In this document: positions 19,689-28,305 of the stretch, piece after piece | Layout of the letters: every line of letters starts with the position of its first letter | Numbering within the stretch: the first letter of the stretch is position 1 | DNA from: Desulfobulbus propionicus | GTDB lineage: Bacteria; Desulfobacterota; Desulfobulbia; Desulfobulbales; Desulfobulbaceae | DNA: 32,000 nt | Reading direction: 5' to 3' | Assembly (NCBI GenBank): GCA_002748755.1 | Contig: PDTD01000017.1 | Location: 4,747 to 36,746, forward strand | Position numbers and translations under genes: made by a program | The notes under the pieces: model-generated | What the model was told of the DNA's origin: nothing | The model's input: the letters and a program-made list of their open reading frames with translations, nothing else | Databases searched by the model: none

Positions 19689-19912
19689 TAGCCCGGACTT
19701 CTCATCAACTCAGGGAGACCAGGTTCGGGAATTTTTGGTACCTCATTGTGCTTGGGTATATAAGCGACCAAAATACTGCCGAAGGGGTACCGCCCGGGCT
19801 GAGCGCTGGTGAACAGTTTGAAGAAACTGGCCCTTTATCGTATCTTCAAACTTATTGTCTTTCTTTTATATTTTTTCCAATCTCCACACATGTTCATGAG
19901 GATACCAGATCA
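19689..19912 (+). repeat. MITE-like element copy D
   Basis: TAGCCCGGACTTCTCATCAACTCAGG ... GGTACCTCATTGTGCTTGGGTATATAAGCGACCAAAATACTGCCGAAGGGGTACC ... ATGTTCATGAGGATACCAGAT. Confidence 0.9.
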
Positions 19913-20168
19913 AGTATCTTCCCCCACGTACCTCTATCACAAAGCAGGTGCACAACCCTCATAAATTCAGGTGGTTGAAAAGCTGTCGGGAAACGACCGT
20001 ATGTATCGGAAACAGCCTCGATTCTTGCTGGCCAAAGAAAAAAGAAAACCGAACATTATCAAGACCCTCCCTTTCTTGATAAAAATATACGAGTACTCTT
20101 CCACGCCTGCTTTGTCAAGGTTTATGAATCAAGAGTTCCCCCACCTCGCCCCCTCCCCTTTCTTCTGC

Positions 20169-20394
20169 TAACCCGGATTTCTCATCAGCTCAGGTGGTGC
20201 CAGGCTCAGGAATTTTGGGTACCTCATTTCACTTGGGTATATGGGTAACCAAAAAACTGCCGAAGAGGGTACCCCCTGAACTGAGCTTGATGAACAGTTT
20301 GTCGTAATGTGAGCCTGCTTACGGGCAACACCTACATCTGTTTTTGTCTCTTTGTTCTCAAATGAGACAAGATGTTCATGAGACATCCGGGCTA
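20169..20394 (+). repeat. MITE-like element copy E (best-preserved copy, 226 bp)
   Basis: TAACCCGGATTTCTCATCAGCTCAGGTGG ... GATGTTCATGAGACATCCGGGCTA; terminal inverted repeats match at about 16 of 19 positions; TA at both ends. Confidence 0.92.
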
Positions 20395-20952
20395 AAATTT
20401 GGCCCCGGCTATACGCCGCGTTCCATTCTCAAGACATGTTCAGCTCCTCAACAAAATCTGGGGGAAGATTCTGCTGAAAAACCGGTTTTAGATTCTTCAA
20501 AAGATTGTAAGGATGCAAGGTTGTAGCGATAATCTCCTTGAGAACAGACTCAAACTTGACAGTTTTGCGAAACTGTTGGATACTTTTTTTAAGGAGTCCC
20601 CTGAACCCGTGCATATTCAACAAAAGCGCAGATACCAGGCAGCAGTGTGCTCGACTTAAAAAAACTATTGCCGTCATGGCCAGCACGGCAGATGGGTCGT
20701 CCCAGAGGGGCTTCGGCATGCTGCTATGCGCCCTGCCTACAACGAGAACCAGCTCCTGTCACCTTGGCTCTTGCTTCTCTTTGAGGACAATAGGCAGCCC
20801 AGGCACAAGCGCTCAAACCTCACGGACTCAGGAATCACCCAAATAAGCGCCCTGACAAAGGGTATCTTACTTACAAAAATTACCAAAAAACTGCCTTACT
20901 TCGGCAGGCGTGCAGGCTCAGCCTGCTGACAAGATAAGAAGACAGGTATGCT

Positions 20953-23628
20953 GTGACTTTTGCTCTCAAACTTCTCACATTTGCACTTAGCCGCCCACAA
21001 AAAACACTTACCCTGGGACTTGTTTTTTTCATTCTGTCCGGCTTTGCCTTTGCCTCCAGTTTTTCCTTTATCATCTCCCGCCACTTGAGCAAAGGCCTCC
21101 CGCATCCGACTCTTTTTAATGAGGAAGAATCAAGCCTCGCTTACCAAGACGACCTGATTGTTGTATTGCGCAACCCCGGAAACACAAAGGGTGTTTTCTC
21201 ACCGGATTATTTACAAAAGGTCAACCAATTCTGCTCGGCATGGAAAAGGTATTCCGGGGAAAACCCAGCACACCCCAGACTCCTGGCTACCGATTACCTC
21301 GGTATCTGCAATGTGGATATGGTCTCTGAAACAACATTGGGTAGCGCTCCATTAACGCCCCTGCTCCCTGAACAATTCACCTTTACCGACGCAGATATTG
21401 ATCAACTTATCCAGAAGATGAACCATAACATCTTTTTCAAGGACCTGATCATCTCAAAAGGGAACCAGTCAACAGCCCTCTATTTGCCCCTGTATGCCCC
21501 GGGAACGACGGCGGCCCTTACTTCTGTCAGCGATGAACTGGTTCGGCGTTTGGAGCTTCAACCGGATCAGGTGTGCAATGCCGGTCTTGCTCTGTACCGT
21601 GAGACCTTGTTTCATCAGGGGCATCGGACAGCGCTCCTTTCTTCTCTACTCGCCGGCTGCCTTATCTGGATAGGTGTTGCCTTAGTTAACAAAAAAGCAA
21701 GCCATGGGATTGTGATTCTGCTTCCGACAGCCAATGCGACTCTAGCCGTCCTACTCGTTCAGACTGCAACAGGAATGCGTGAAGATATCTTTCTCTTCAC
21801 CACGCCTGCTCTTGTCGCCGCCACCACGCTGATACAGGCGTTATGTTTTGCACATCGAATAAACAACAGCACGAAATGGTCGCCAAAGGAACCGGAAAAA
21901 ATTATCTCTGTCCTGGAACCCCTCCTCCCTGCCTGGCTCCGCCTCATGTACGCCCTGATTGCCGCCTGCCTTTCAATAGGTCTGCTTGCACCGTCTCCCC
22001 TGCTGAACATGGCCATGATACTCGCGGTTGGTATCACCATGGCATGGTTCATGCCTCTGTTTTTTGTCCCCGCAGGGCTGGTCGTCTTTGGCCCAACAAA
22101 AAGAAAAAACAAGCCGACAACGTCCTACCTGCTGCCTCCAGAAAGACCGGAGAACACCTTTCATTTTCCGTATGTGGACCGTCTTGTCCGCAACTACTCA
22201 ACAGTGACCTTTGCCGCGGTCAGTGCCTTTACCTTGGCCTGCGCCTTCAGTACCGCGCTTCTCAAACAGCAGGACACCCTCATTTCCTGGTATGGGAAGA
22301 ACCACCATTTCCAGAGAGCGGAACAACTCATCAATAAAAATTTTGCAGGTGCCTACAAACTCATTCTCCGCCTGGAAGCTTCCGACAGAATGTCCCCTTT
22401 GGAAACAATTGCTGGACAACTGAAAAGTGATCTTTTCAGACCTCTAGCCTCACAGCCGGATATCCGTACACGCATCATGCATCAGATAGACGAAGCCCTC
22501 GCCGCCAGCACCAGCAAAGCCGAACTGTACCACACCCTGGCCCACCAGTGGGAGCAGGAACTCAACCATACGCTGGCCGGTGATATCCTTGCCCAGGATC
22601 TCTGGTCCATTGCACTGGACAGCCTTGCAGCTATTACTTACGACGAAAAACCCTTTTCCCATCCTGACATTCTTCGCTACATCGACCAGCTTTCCCTCTA
22701 TTTACGTGACAGGAGCGCAGCCTCCAAGGTCTTTTCAATTGTGGACCTGACCAAAAAGATGCATCAAGATCTCTACGATGGTGCAACACAGCTGTACTCC
22801 ATCCCTGCAACCACCAACGCCGTTCTCCAAACCTGGCAGCAGTATGGGAAAGGCAACCATCCTGAATCTTTTTCCCGCTTTATTAACAGCTCCTACAACG
22901 CCATAAATATTCTCTTGATCCTCAAAGATCCTAGGCCAAAAACACTCCAGCAACTCCAGGACCGAACCCTGCAATACCTGCAGCGGGAAAAACCACCCAT
23001 TCCCCTGAAAATCAGTTGGCAAGGCAGCCTTCAAGACCACATAACCTGGAGTCACCAACTCAGCCTGGCCACCTTGCTGCGATGGGGGACATTCCTGCTC
23101 ACCGCTGCCATCCTCTTCGGAGCGTTCACACAATCGCTGATCAGCGGCAGCGCACTCCTTGGCACTGGCGTTCTGAACCTTATCATCACCCTTGGCATGA
23201 TGGGGCTGCTCGGTATTCCCATCAGCACAGCGTCCACGGCACTTATCGGCCTGCCTCTACTCACTGCGTCCATCTCCACCTGGTATATCCTCTACAGTGT
23301 GACCAGCCTGATAGAAGATGGGGCATCTTATGGCAACGCCCTCAAACAAACCATTGAACACAGTTCGTTTCCCCTTCTCCTGAGTTGCCTGTGTATCACA
23401 GGCGGGGGATTCGTCTTTGCTTTCTGCCCATATACGCTCTTTCATGGAGCAGCTTTCATTGGTTTTACCTCTACTCTTGCCGCCTGCTTGACCGCACTTC
23501 TTCTTCTGCCTTCTCTTGGCTGGCTCCTCTATAGGGAAGCCGAGATACAGCTCTCACCGGCGCCGATTAGAGGAAAACCCGCACCACCTGCAAAGATCGA
23601 CAGGGTTACCGCAGAGCCGGAAAAATAA
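20953..23628 (+). CDS. RND/MMPL-superfamily predicted exporter, large membrane protein
   Basis: 891 aa, GTG start; two similar halves each with a TM helix, a large periplasmic domain and a TM bundle (for example LLTFALSRPQKTLTLGLVFFILSGFAFASS; C-terminal PLLTASISTWYILYSVTSLIEDGASYGNALKQTIEHS). Confidence 0.78.
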   Translation: MTFALKLLTFALSRPQKTLTLGLVFFILSGFAFASSFSFIISRHLSKGLPHPTLFNEEESSLAYQDDLIVVLRNPGNTKGVFSPDYLQKVNQFCSAWKRYSGENPAHPRLLATDYLGICNVDMVSETTLGSAPLTPLLPEQFTFTDADIDQLIQKMNHNIFFKDLIISKGNQSTALYLPLYAPGTTAALTSVSDELVRRLELQPDQVCNAGLALYRETLFHQGHRTALLSSLLAGCLIWIGVALVNKKASHGIVILLPTANATLAVLLVQTATGMREDIFLFTTPALVAATTLIQALCFAHRINNSTKWSPKEPEKIISVLEPLLPAWLRLMYALIAACLSIGLLAPSPLLNMAMILAVGITMAWFMPLFFVPAGLVVFGPTKRKNKPTTSYLLPPERPENTFHFPYVDRLVRNYSTVTFAAVSAFTLACAFSTALLKQQDTLISWYGKNHHFQRAEQLINKNFAGAYKLILRLEASDRMSPLETIAGQLKSDLFRPLASQPDIRTRIMHQIDEALAASTSKAELYHTLAHQWEQELNHTLAGDILAQDLWSIALDSLAAITYDEKPFSHPDILRYIDQLSLYLRDRSAASKVFSIVDLTKKMHQDLYDGATQLYSIPATTNAVLQTWQQYGKGNHPESFSRFINSSYNAINILLILKDPRPKTLQQLQDRTLQYLQREKPPIPLKISWQGSLQDHITWSHQLSLATLLRWGTFLLTAAILFGAFTQSLISGSALLGTGVLNLIITLGMMGLLGIPISTASTALIGLPLLTASISTWYILYSVTSLIEDGASYGNALKQTIEHSSFPLLLSCLCITGGGFVFAFCPYTLFHGAAFIGFTSTLAACLTALLLLPSLGWLLYREAEIQLSPAPIRGKPAPPAKIDRVTAEPEK

Positions 23629-23735
23629 TCAGTTCCCGACTTGCAAGAACAAACACCAAATGCTGTAAAGCAAACAACTGCAACCGATGTCTAAAAAAAC
23701 CAATGAACCAACACCTAACCTGGACCGCTCATGAA

Positions 23736-23938
23736 TACCTGGTTTCACTTGAGAAAAAATAAAAACAGATGGATGTGATCTCCGTGATCCGGCCTGCATT
23801 TCAACAAACTGTTCACCCAAGGCCTGCCCAGGCAGTGCCAGGTCCGGTAGTTTTGGGTAACCCGTTCTCCTTGGGTATATGTGCTGCCAAAATACTGCCG
23901 AAGGGGGTACCCCCTGGGCTGATGAGAAATCCAGGCTG
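23736..23938 (-). repeat. MITE-like element copy F with inverted core
   Basis: Flanks read in minus orientation (AAAAACAGATGGATGTGATC on the left, GCTGATGAGAAATCCAGGCTG on the right), but core 23826-23919 reads in the plus orientation of copies D/E (TGCCAGGTCCGGTAGTTTTGGGTAACCCG...CCAAAATACTGCCGAAGGGGGTACCCCC). Confidence 0.85.
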
Positions 23939-24262
23939 ACACAATGCAGGGAAACATTCAGTCGTCCACCTTTCTCCTGCCTCAATCCAGGACGGATGCA
24001 GGCAGGGGGACCAGCACCGGATGTCATCCACGCTCTGGGCTTTGGCGACCATCAGGCCCCCTGTCCATAACGGCGTCCTCCGCTCCGGATGCCCCAACGA
24101 CAGCACCTTTGAGTGTTCATTCTGTGATCAAAATTCCGCGTATCTCTATTCCCTTTTTGGGAAAGAAAGCTTATATGTTTTCCTTATTCGCCTCACAAAT
24201 GCAGAGGAATCTGCATTGCTCATTAAAAAATGCCGTGCAGAGGATGCTCCCAAGAGGTGCAC

Positions 24263-24346
24263 CTATACCCAACTATACCCAAGCAGAATGAGGTACCAAA
24301 AACAACCGTACCTGACACCGCCTGAGCTGATGAAAAACCCGGGCGG
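24263..24346 (-). repeat. MITE-like element fragment G (left end plus part of core)
   Basis: CTATACCCAAGCAGAATGAGGTACCAAAAACAACCGTACCTGACACCGCCTGAGCTGATGAAAAACCCGGG matches the reverse complement of the left half of copy E. Confidence 0.75.
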
Positions 24347-24403
24347 GCAAGCAGGATGTTACAGTACCCAGCACAGTCCCCTACACTACCAGGAGAGCCC
24401 ATA

Positions 24404-24625
24404 ATGATTATAAACGACTGGATTCACGTTATAGCCGGCTTATTCATTCTCATCAGTCTTGCCTTGGGAGCCGACCTCAGCGGCAATCCCCTCTTCATAA
24501 GCAAATACTGGCTACTTTTCACAGCTTTTGTAGGACTTAATCTTTTTCAGTTCGGTTTGAGCAAATTTTGCCCAATGGCGCTGATCCTCAAAAAACTCGG
24601 AGTACCCGAATCTAAAACGCATTAA
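24404..24625 (+). CDS. Small YgaP-like (DUF2892-type) membrane protein
   Basis: MIINDWIHVIAGLFILISLALGADLSGNPLFISKYWLLFTAFVGLNLFQFGLSKFCPMALILKKLGVP; AGGAGAG ribosome-binding-like site before ATG 24404. Confidence 0.75.
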   Translation: MIINDWIHVIAGLFILISLALGADLSGNPLFISKYWLLFTAFVGLNLFQFGLSKFCPMALILKKLGVPESKTH

Positions 24626-24669
24626 AAGGCAGGTTATTTTGCCAAGCTTCATTCAAGATAAAAACAGGT

Positions 24670-25617
24670 ATGACCATGACCACCCACACATTGTATGACC
24701 TAGTGATTGTAGGAGGCGGCCCTGGAGGTATGACCGCAGGGATATACGCCCAACGGGCCGCACTCAAGACCATTCTTATAGAAAAAGGCTATCCCGGCGG
24801 CCAGATGGCTGCAACCGATACGATAGAAAACTGGCCAGGAACCGAGAGCATCACCGGACATGAAATGTCGGAAAACTTTCTTGCCCATGTCAAGGCCTAT
24901 AATCTGCCCATTCTACAGGAAGAAGTAGCGGCCGTGGTACCCGGAACACCGTACCACATTGTCCGGCTCGTCAATGGGGAGGAATATCCATGCCATGCGG
25001 TCATCATTGCCGTGGGCGGCAGCCCTCGAAAACTTGGAATCCCAGGCGAACACGACTATTACGGCAAAGGGGTTTCCTATTGCGCAGTCTGCGACGGTTT
25101 CTTTTTTCGCAATAAGACCGTAGTCGTCATCGGGGGTGGAGATTCAGCAGCAGAGGAATCCCTGTACCTGGCCAAAATAGCAAAAAAAGTGTACCTGGTC
25201 CACAGGCGTGATACGCTACGTGCAAGCATGATCCTTCAGGAAAAGGTCCAAGCTGAACCGATAATAGAAATCCTCTGGAACACGGTCGTCAAAGAGATCA
25301 AAGGAGACGATTTTGGAGTCAACGCGGTGAAAATTGAGGATACGAAAAGTGGTGCCCAAAATTGCCTGGAAACCGACGGGGTTTTTGTCTTCATCGGATT
25401 CAAACCCAATCGCCAGATCATTCCAGCTGACACCCCCATGGACGCAGAGGGGTACGTGGTTACAGACTGCAAAGGGGAGACAAACAATCCCGGCATTTAT
25501 GTCATAGGCGACCTCAGACAAAAATATGCCAAGCAGATTGTGGTTGCCGCCGGTGAAGGTGCCACTGCCGCTCTTGCGGCAGCACACTATATTGATTCCA
25601 AAGAAGCCATATCCTAA
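24670..25617 (+). CDS. trxB: Thioredoxin reductase
   Basis: 315 aa; GGGPGGMTAGIYAQRAALKTILIEKG, redox motif SYCAVCDGFFF, GGGDSAAEES, GVYVIGD-type motif GIYVIGDLR. Confidence 0.92.
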   Translation: MTMTTHTLYDLVIVGGGPGGMTAGIYAQRAALKTILIEKGYPGGQMAATDTIENWPGTESITGHEMSENFLAHVKAYNLPILQEEVAAVVPGTPYHIVRLVNGEEYPCHAVIIAVGGSPRKLGIPGEHDYYGKGVSYCAVCDGFFFRNKTVVVIGGGDSAAEESLYLAKIAKKVYLVHRRDTLRASMILQEKVQAEPIIEILWNTVVKEIKGDDFGVNAVKIEDTKSGAQNCLETDGVFVFIGFKPNRQIIPADTPMDAEGYVVTDCKGETNNPGIYVIGDLRQKYAKQIVVAAGEGATAALAAAHYIDSKEAIS

Positions 25618-25701
25618 ATCACAGCTAAAGACAGTTCTGGAGGCCGGAGCGCCCTGCTTCCATGCCCAAGTGGCCAGAAGAGGGCGTTGGCCGAAAAGGG
25701 C

Positions 25702-25915
25702 TACCCCAAATTTCTCATAAACTCAGGTGGTGCCAGGTCCGGAAATATTGGGTAACACGTTATACTTGAATATATGCGTTGCCAAAAGACAGCCGCCTGG
25801 GCGGACCTTGGGTGCACAGTTTGTCGACAGTTAAACTGGCTCACCGATATCACATCCACTTGTTTTTATATATTTTTCTCAAATGAGAGGCTATGTTCAT
25901 GCCATATCCGGACTA
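25702..25915 (+). repeat. MITE-like element copy H, between trxB and the mlaC-like gene
   Basis: TACCCCAAATTTCTCATAAACTCAGGTGGTGCCAGGTCCGG ... TTTTTCTCAAATGAGAGGCTATGTTCATGCCATATCCGGACTA. Confidence 0.88.
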
Positions 25916-26539
25916 CGAATTGGCATTGGGATTTGCCTTTAATGCAGCAATCTTGGCTTCAAGTTGCGCCATGAGTCCCTCGAACTTTTCTTTCCGTACT
26001 ATTGTCTGAAATTGCTCCAGATAATTCCGAATCAAGCTGACGCCCTCGACAACAACGTCATAAATGAGCCACTTCTCTCCTCTCTGGATCAGAATATAGG
26101 ATACAGGTATCTGGGTGCTTCCATCCAGAAACATGGTCTGCACTTCCGCCCTCCTGCCCCGAATTCTCTCCTTGAGGAACTCTATTCGTTGCCCTGAGTA
26201 CCTGTCAACCTGGCGGACATACGCATATTTTAACAATTCTGTAAACAGCTCGGTAAATTGAGATTTCTCCTCTTTGGACAGGGAGCGCCACTGCGAACCA
26301 AGAACCCGTTTGGACATTTCTTCAAAGTCAAACCCTTGGCGAGCCACAGACATAACCTGCTCAACCTTGTCCTCGTTATTTTTCATGGAGTAGGAAGCAT
26401 CGGCTAAGATCTCGGTAATTTCACTTATCATCGGTTGCAGTTGTTCTGTCGGCCCCTGCGCTATCGCAACGGCTTGCTCTGCAAGCCCCCATAAACAGAA
26501 AAAAGGAATCATAAGGATAATAAAAAAATATCGTTTCAT
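25913..26539 (-). CDS. MlaC/Ttg2D-like phospholipid-transport periplasmic protein
   Basis: MKRYFFIILMIPFFCLWGLAEQAVA signal peptide; FDFEEMSKRVLGSQWRSLSKEEKSQFTELFTELLKYAYVRQVDRYSG, LIQRGEKWLIYDVVVEGVSLIRNYLEQF. Start moved from the ORF-track 26644 to Met36 at 26539, which follows GGGAGAGAAA. Confidence 0.88.
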   Translation of the reverse strand: MKRYFFIILMIPFFCLWGLAEQAVAIAQGPTEQLQPMISEITEILADASYSMKNNEDKVEQVMSVARQGFDFEEMSKRVLGSQWRSLSKEEKSQFTELFTELLKYAYVRQVDRYSGQRIEFLKERIRGRRAEVQTMFLDGSTQIPVSYILIQRGEKWLIYDVVVEGVSLIRNYLEQFQTIVRKEKFEGLMAQLEAKIAALKANPNANS

Positions 26540-26700
26540 TTTTCTCTCCCGGTTATTCCATGCGAATACACATGCTTCGCAGAGAGTAGAACTCAACAAA
26601 AGGGGAACGTCTTCCCTATCCACAATAGTCACAATAGTGCACACTCAAGACATTTGCAATATATGTCCCAATACAGCACGTCTGGCATTCTGATTGCGCG

Positions 26701-26956
26701 CAGCTCGAATTTCTCATCAGCTCAAGCCAAATTCCTCATAATAATTGTAAGCAAAAAAAAATAATATAAAAACGATTCCTTAAAAAAGAGCGACTTTGTA
26801 GCAAATAGCTCCAAAATATTCCCCAAAAGCGGCAGCGCCAGAGTGGACTATGGGCCCATTGTGCCCAAGATCCAGACTGGGTATTGGCGACATAGCCATC
26901 TGTTTCTTATTTTTTTCTCTCAAACGAGACTAAATATTCATAAGCGATGCGGTGTA
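26701..26956 (+). repeat. MITE-like element copy I (diverged)
   Basis: Left end CAGCTCGAATTTCTCATCAGCTCA (21/24 to consensus), right end AATATTCATAAGCGATGCGGTGTA (about 16/24 to copy E), preceded by GCCATCTGTTTCTTATTTTTTTCTCTCAAACGAGAC. Confidence 0.7.
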
Positions 26957-28305
26957 AGCCGCGGCAGGCAGATCAGGGAGACCAGGCCCAATCCCACCAA
27001 CAGATACCAGGGAAACCAATGGAGAGAGTCTATAAAGGCGGCATTTTCTATGAGAGGTTCATCCCACTGGGGATGGGCCAGACGTTGCTTTTCTCTGGAC
27101 ATGAAGAGCAACCCCGCATAGAGCATCCCGATCAGGCCATAGGCAGCGTTGAAGGCCAACCCCTTAAAACTCAAGACAGTTGCCCTTTCTGCCGAGGAGG
27201 TCATCGCGTTGAGATAGTGGCTAGTAAAAAACGAGGTTGCCATCAATCCTAAAAAAATGATCAGCATGGGGAGTACCCCCAGATAGGGAATGAACAGGGT
27301 CAGGCCGAAAAGAGCGGAGAGCATGGCAACTGAAAGTACGGCCACATTAACACCGGGAGTGAAACGCTCCGTCATCCGGCGGGCCACCCTTGGAACCAGC
27401 AAGCCCACCACAGCGACCATCGACCCTAAAACACCAAAAGTCGATTCAGGGAGATGGATAAGACGATAGTACTGGCTGGTCATAGTCACCAAGAGACGCA
27501 AGGTGTGATCAAACACAGCGGCATAAAGAATGACTGCCAGGGCAAAAGGAGTTTTCAGTATCCACCTGCCTGCGGACATGGTCAAGCCTGTCACCGAGGC
27601 GACAGTGGTTCTCTTCCTTTCCTCTACAGACTTGTGCACCTGGGTATGTGGATCTTTCATCAAGAAGGTGACCAGACAGGCAAACAGAGAAAAGAGTAAG
27701 GTCAGGTAAACCGGATATCTCATCGTTACCTGCTGGGGCAACACCACATCTATGCCGGACCAGTGCAAAACCGCCTGCACCACTCCCGGATCGTATACTG
27801 CAGCGCCCAGGGTCATGGCGACCATAAACCCGACATTCTGAGCCCACATCTGCACCTCAAGTACCCTGGGCCATTGTTTCTCCATGCCCTGCTCTACCAG
27901 AGAATCGTAGGCCAGCGCCTCATCGGCACCACTGGCCATAGCCTCTGCCAGCCCACTGAGAATACGGTTCACCAGAAAAACTGAAAAAACCACCCGCATA
28001 TTACCCAAGGGAACAAAAGCGAGCAAAGCCATTTCAATCACCATGAGCAGACTCGTGGCAAGCAACAGTTTTCTTCGACCAAAAAAATCAGCCAAGGCGC
28101 CGGAAGGGACCTCAGCCAAAACTATGGTAAAAGCCCAGGCCGTGTTCAGCAGGGAAAACTGCTCTATGGTCAGTCCATAGTCAAGAAAAAGAATGGTGAA
28201 GACCGGATAATAAAAACGGGCATTAAAAAGCACACGAAAAAGGACAAAAAGCCTGATATTGGGCTCCCTAAAAGGGGATTTCTTTCCTGGCGCCATAGAA
28301 TTCAT
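26938..28305 (-). CDS. Major facilitator superfamily transporter
   Basis: 455 aa; LNTAWAFTIVLAEVPSGALADFFGRRKLLLATSLL is the typical MFS loop 2-3 motif; about 12 TM segments. Confidence 0.88.
   Translation of the reverse strand: MNSMAPGKKSPFREPNIRLFVLFRVLFNARFYYPVFTILFLDYGLTIEQFSLLNTAWAFTIVLAEVPSGALADFFGRRKLLLATSLLMVIEMALLAFVPLGNMRVVFSVFLVNRILSGLAEAMASGADEALAYDSLVEQGMEKQWPRVLEVQMWAQNVGFMVAMTLGAAVYDPGVVQAVLHWSGIDVVLPQQVTMRYPVYLTLLFSLFACLVTFLMKDPHTQVHKSVEERKRTTVASVTGLTMSAGRWILKTPFALAVILYAAVFDHTLRLLVTMTSQYYRLIHLPESTFGVLGSMVAVVGLLVPRVARRMTERFTPGVNVAVLSVAMLSALFGLTLFIPYLGVLPMLIIFLGLMATSFFTSHYLNAMTSSAERATVLSFKGLAFNAAYGLIGMLYAGLLFMSREKQRLAHPQWDEPLIENAAFIDSLHWFPWYLLVGLGLVSLICLPRLTPHRL

Noticed and set aside
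20948-20956. ATG CTG TGA minimal ORF overlapping the GTG start of the RND-like gene
   Set aside because: Two-codon frame; likely chance, or the true start of the large gene may be placed differently.
17496-26956. CRISPR array suspicion from repeated TTTCTCATCAGCTCAGG strings
   Set aside because: Copies are hundreds to thousands of bp apart, in both orientations, each part of a longer element with inverted ends; no spacer periodicity and no cas genes.
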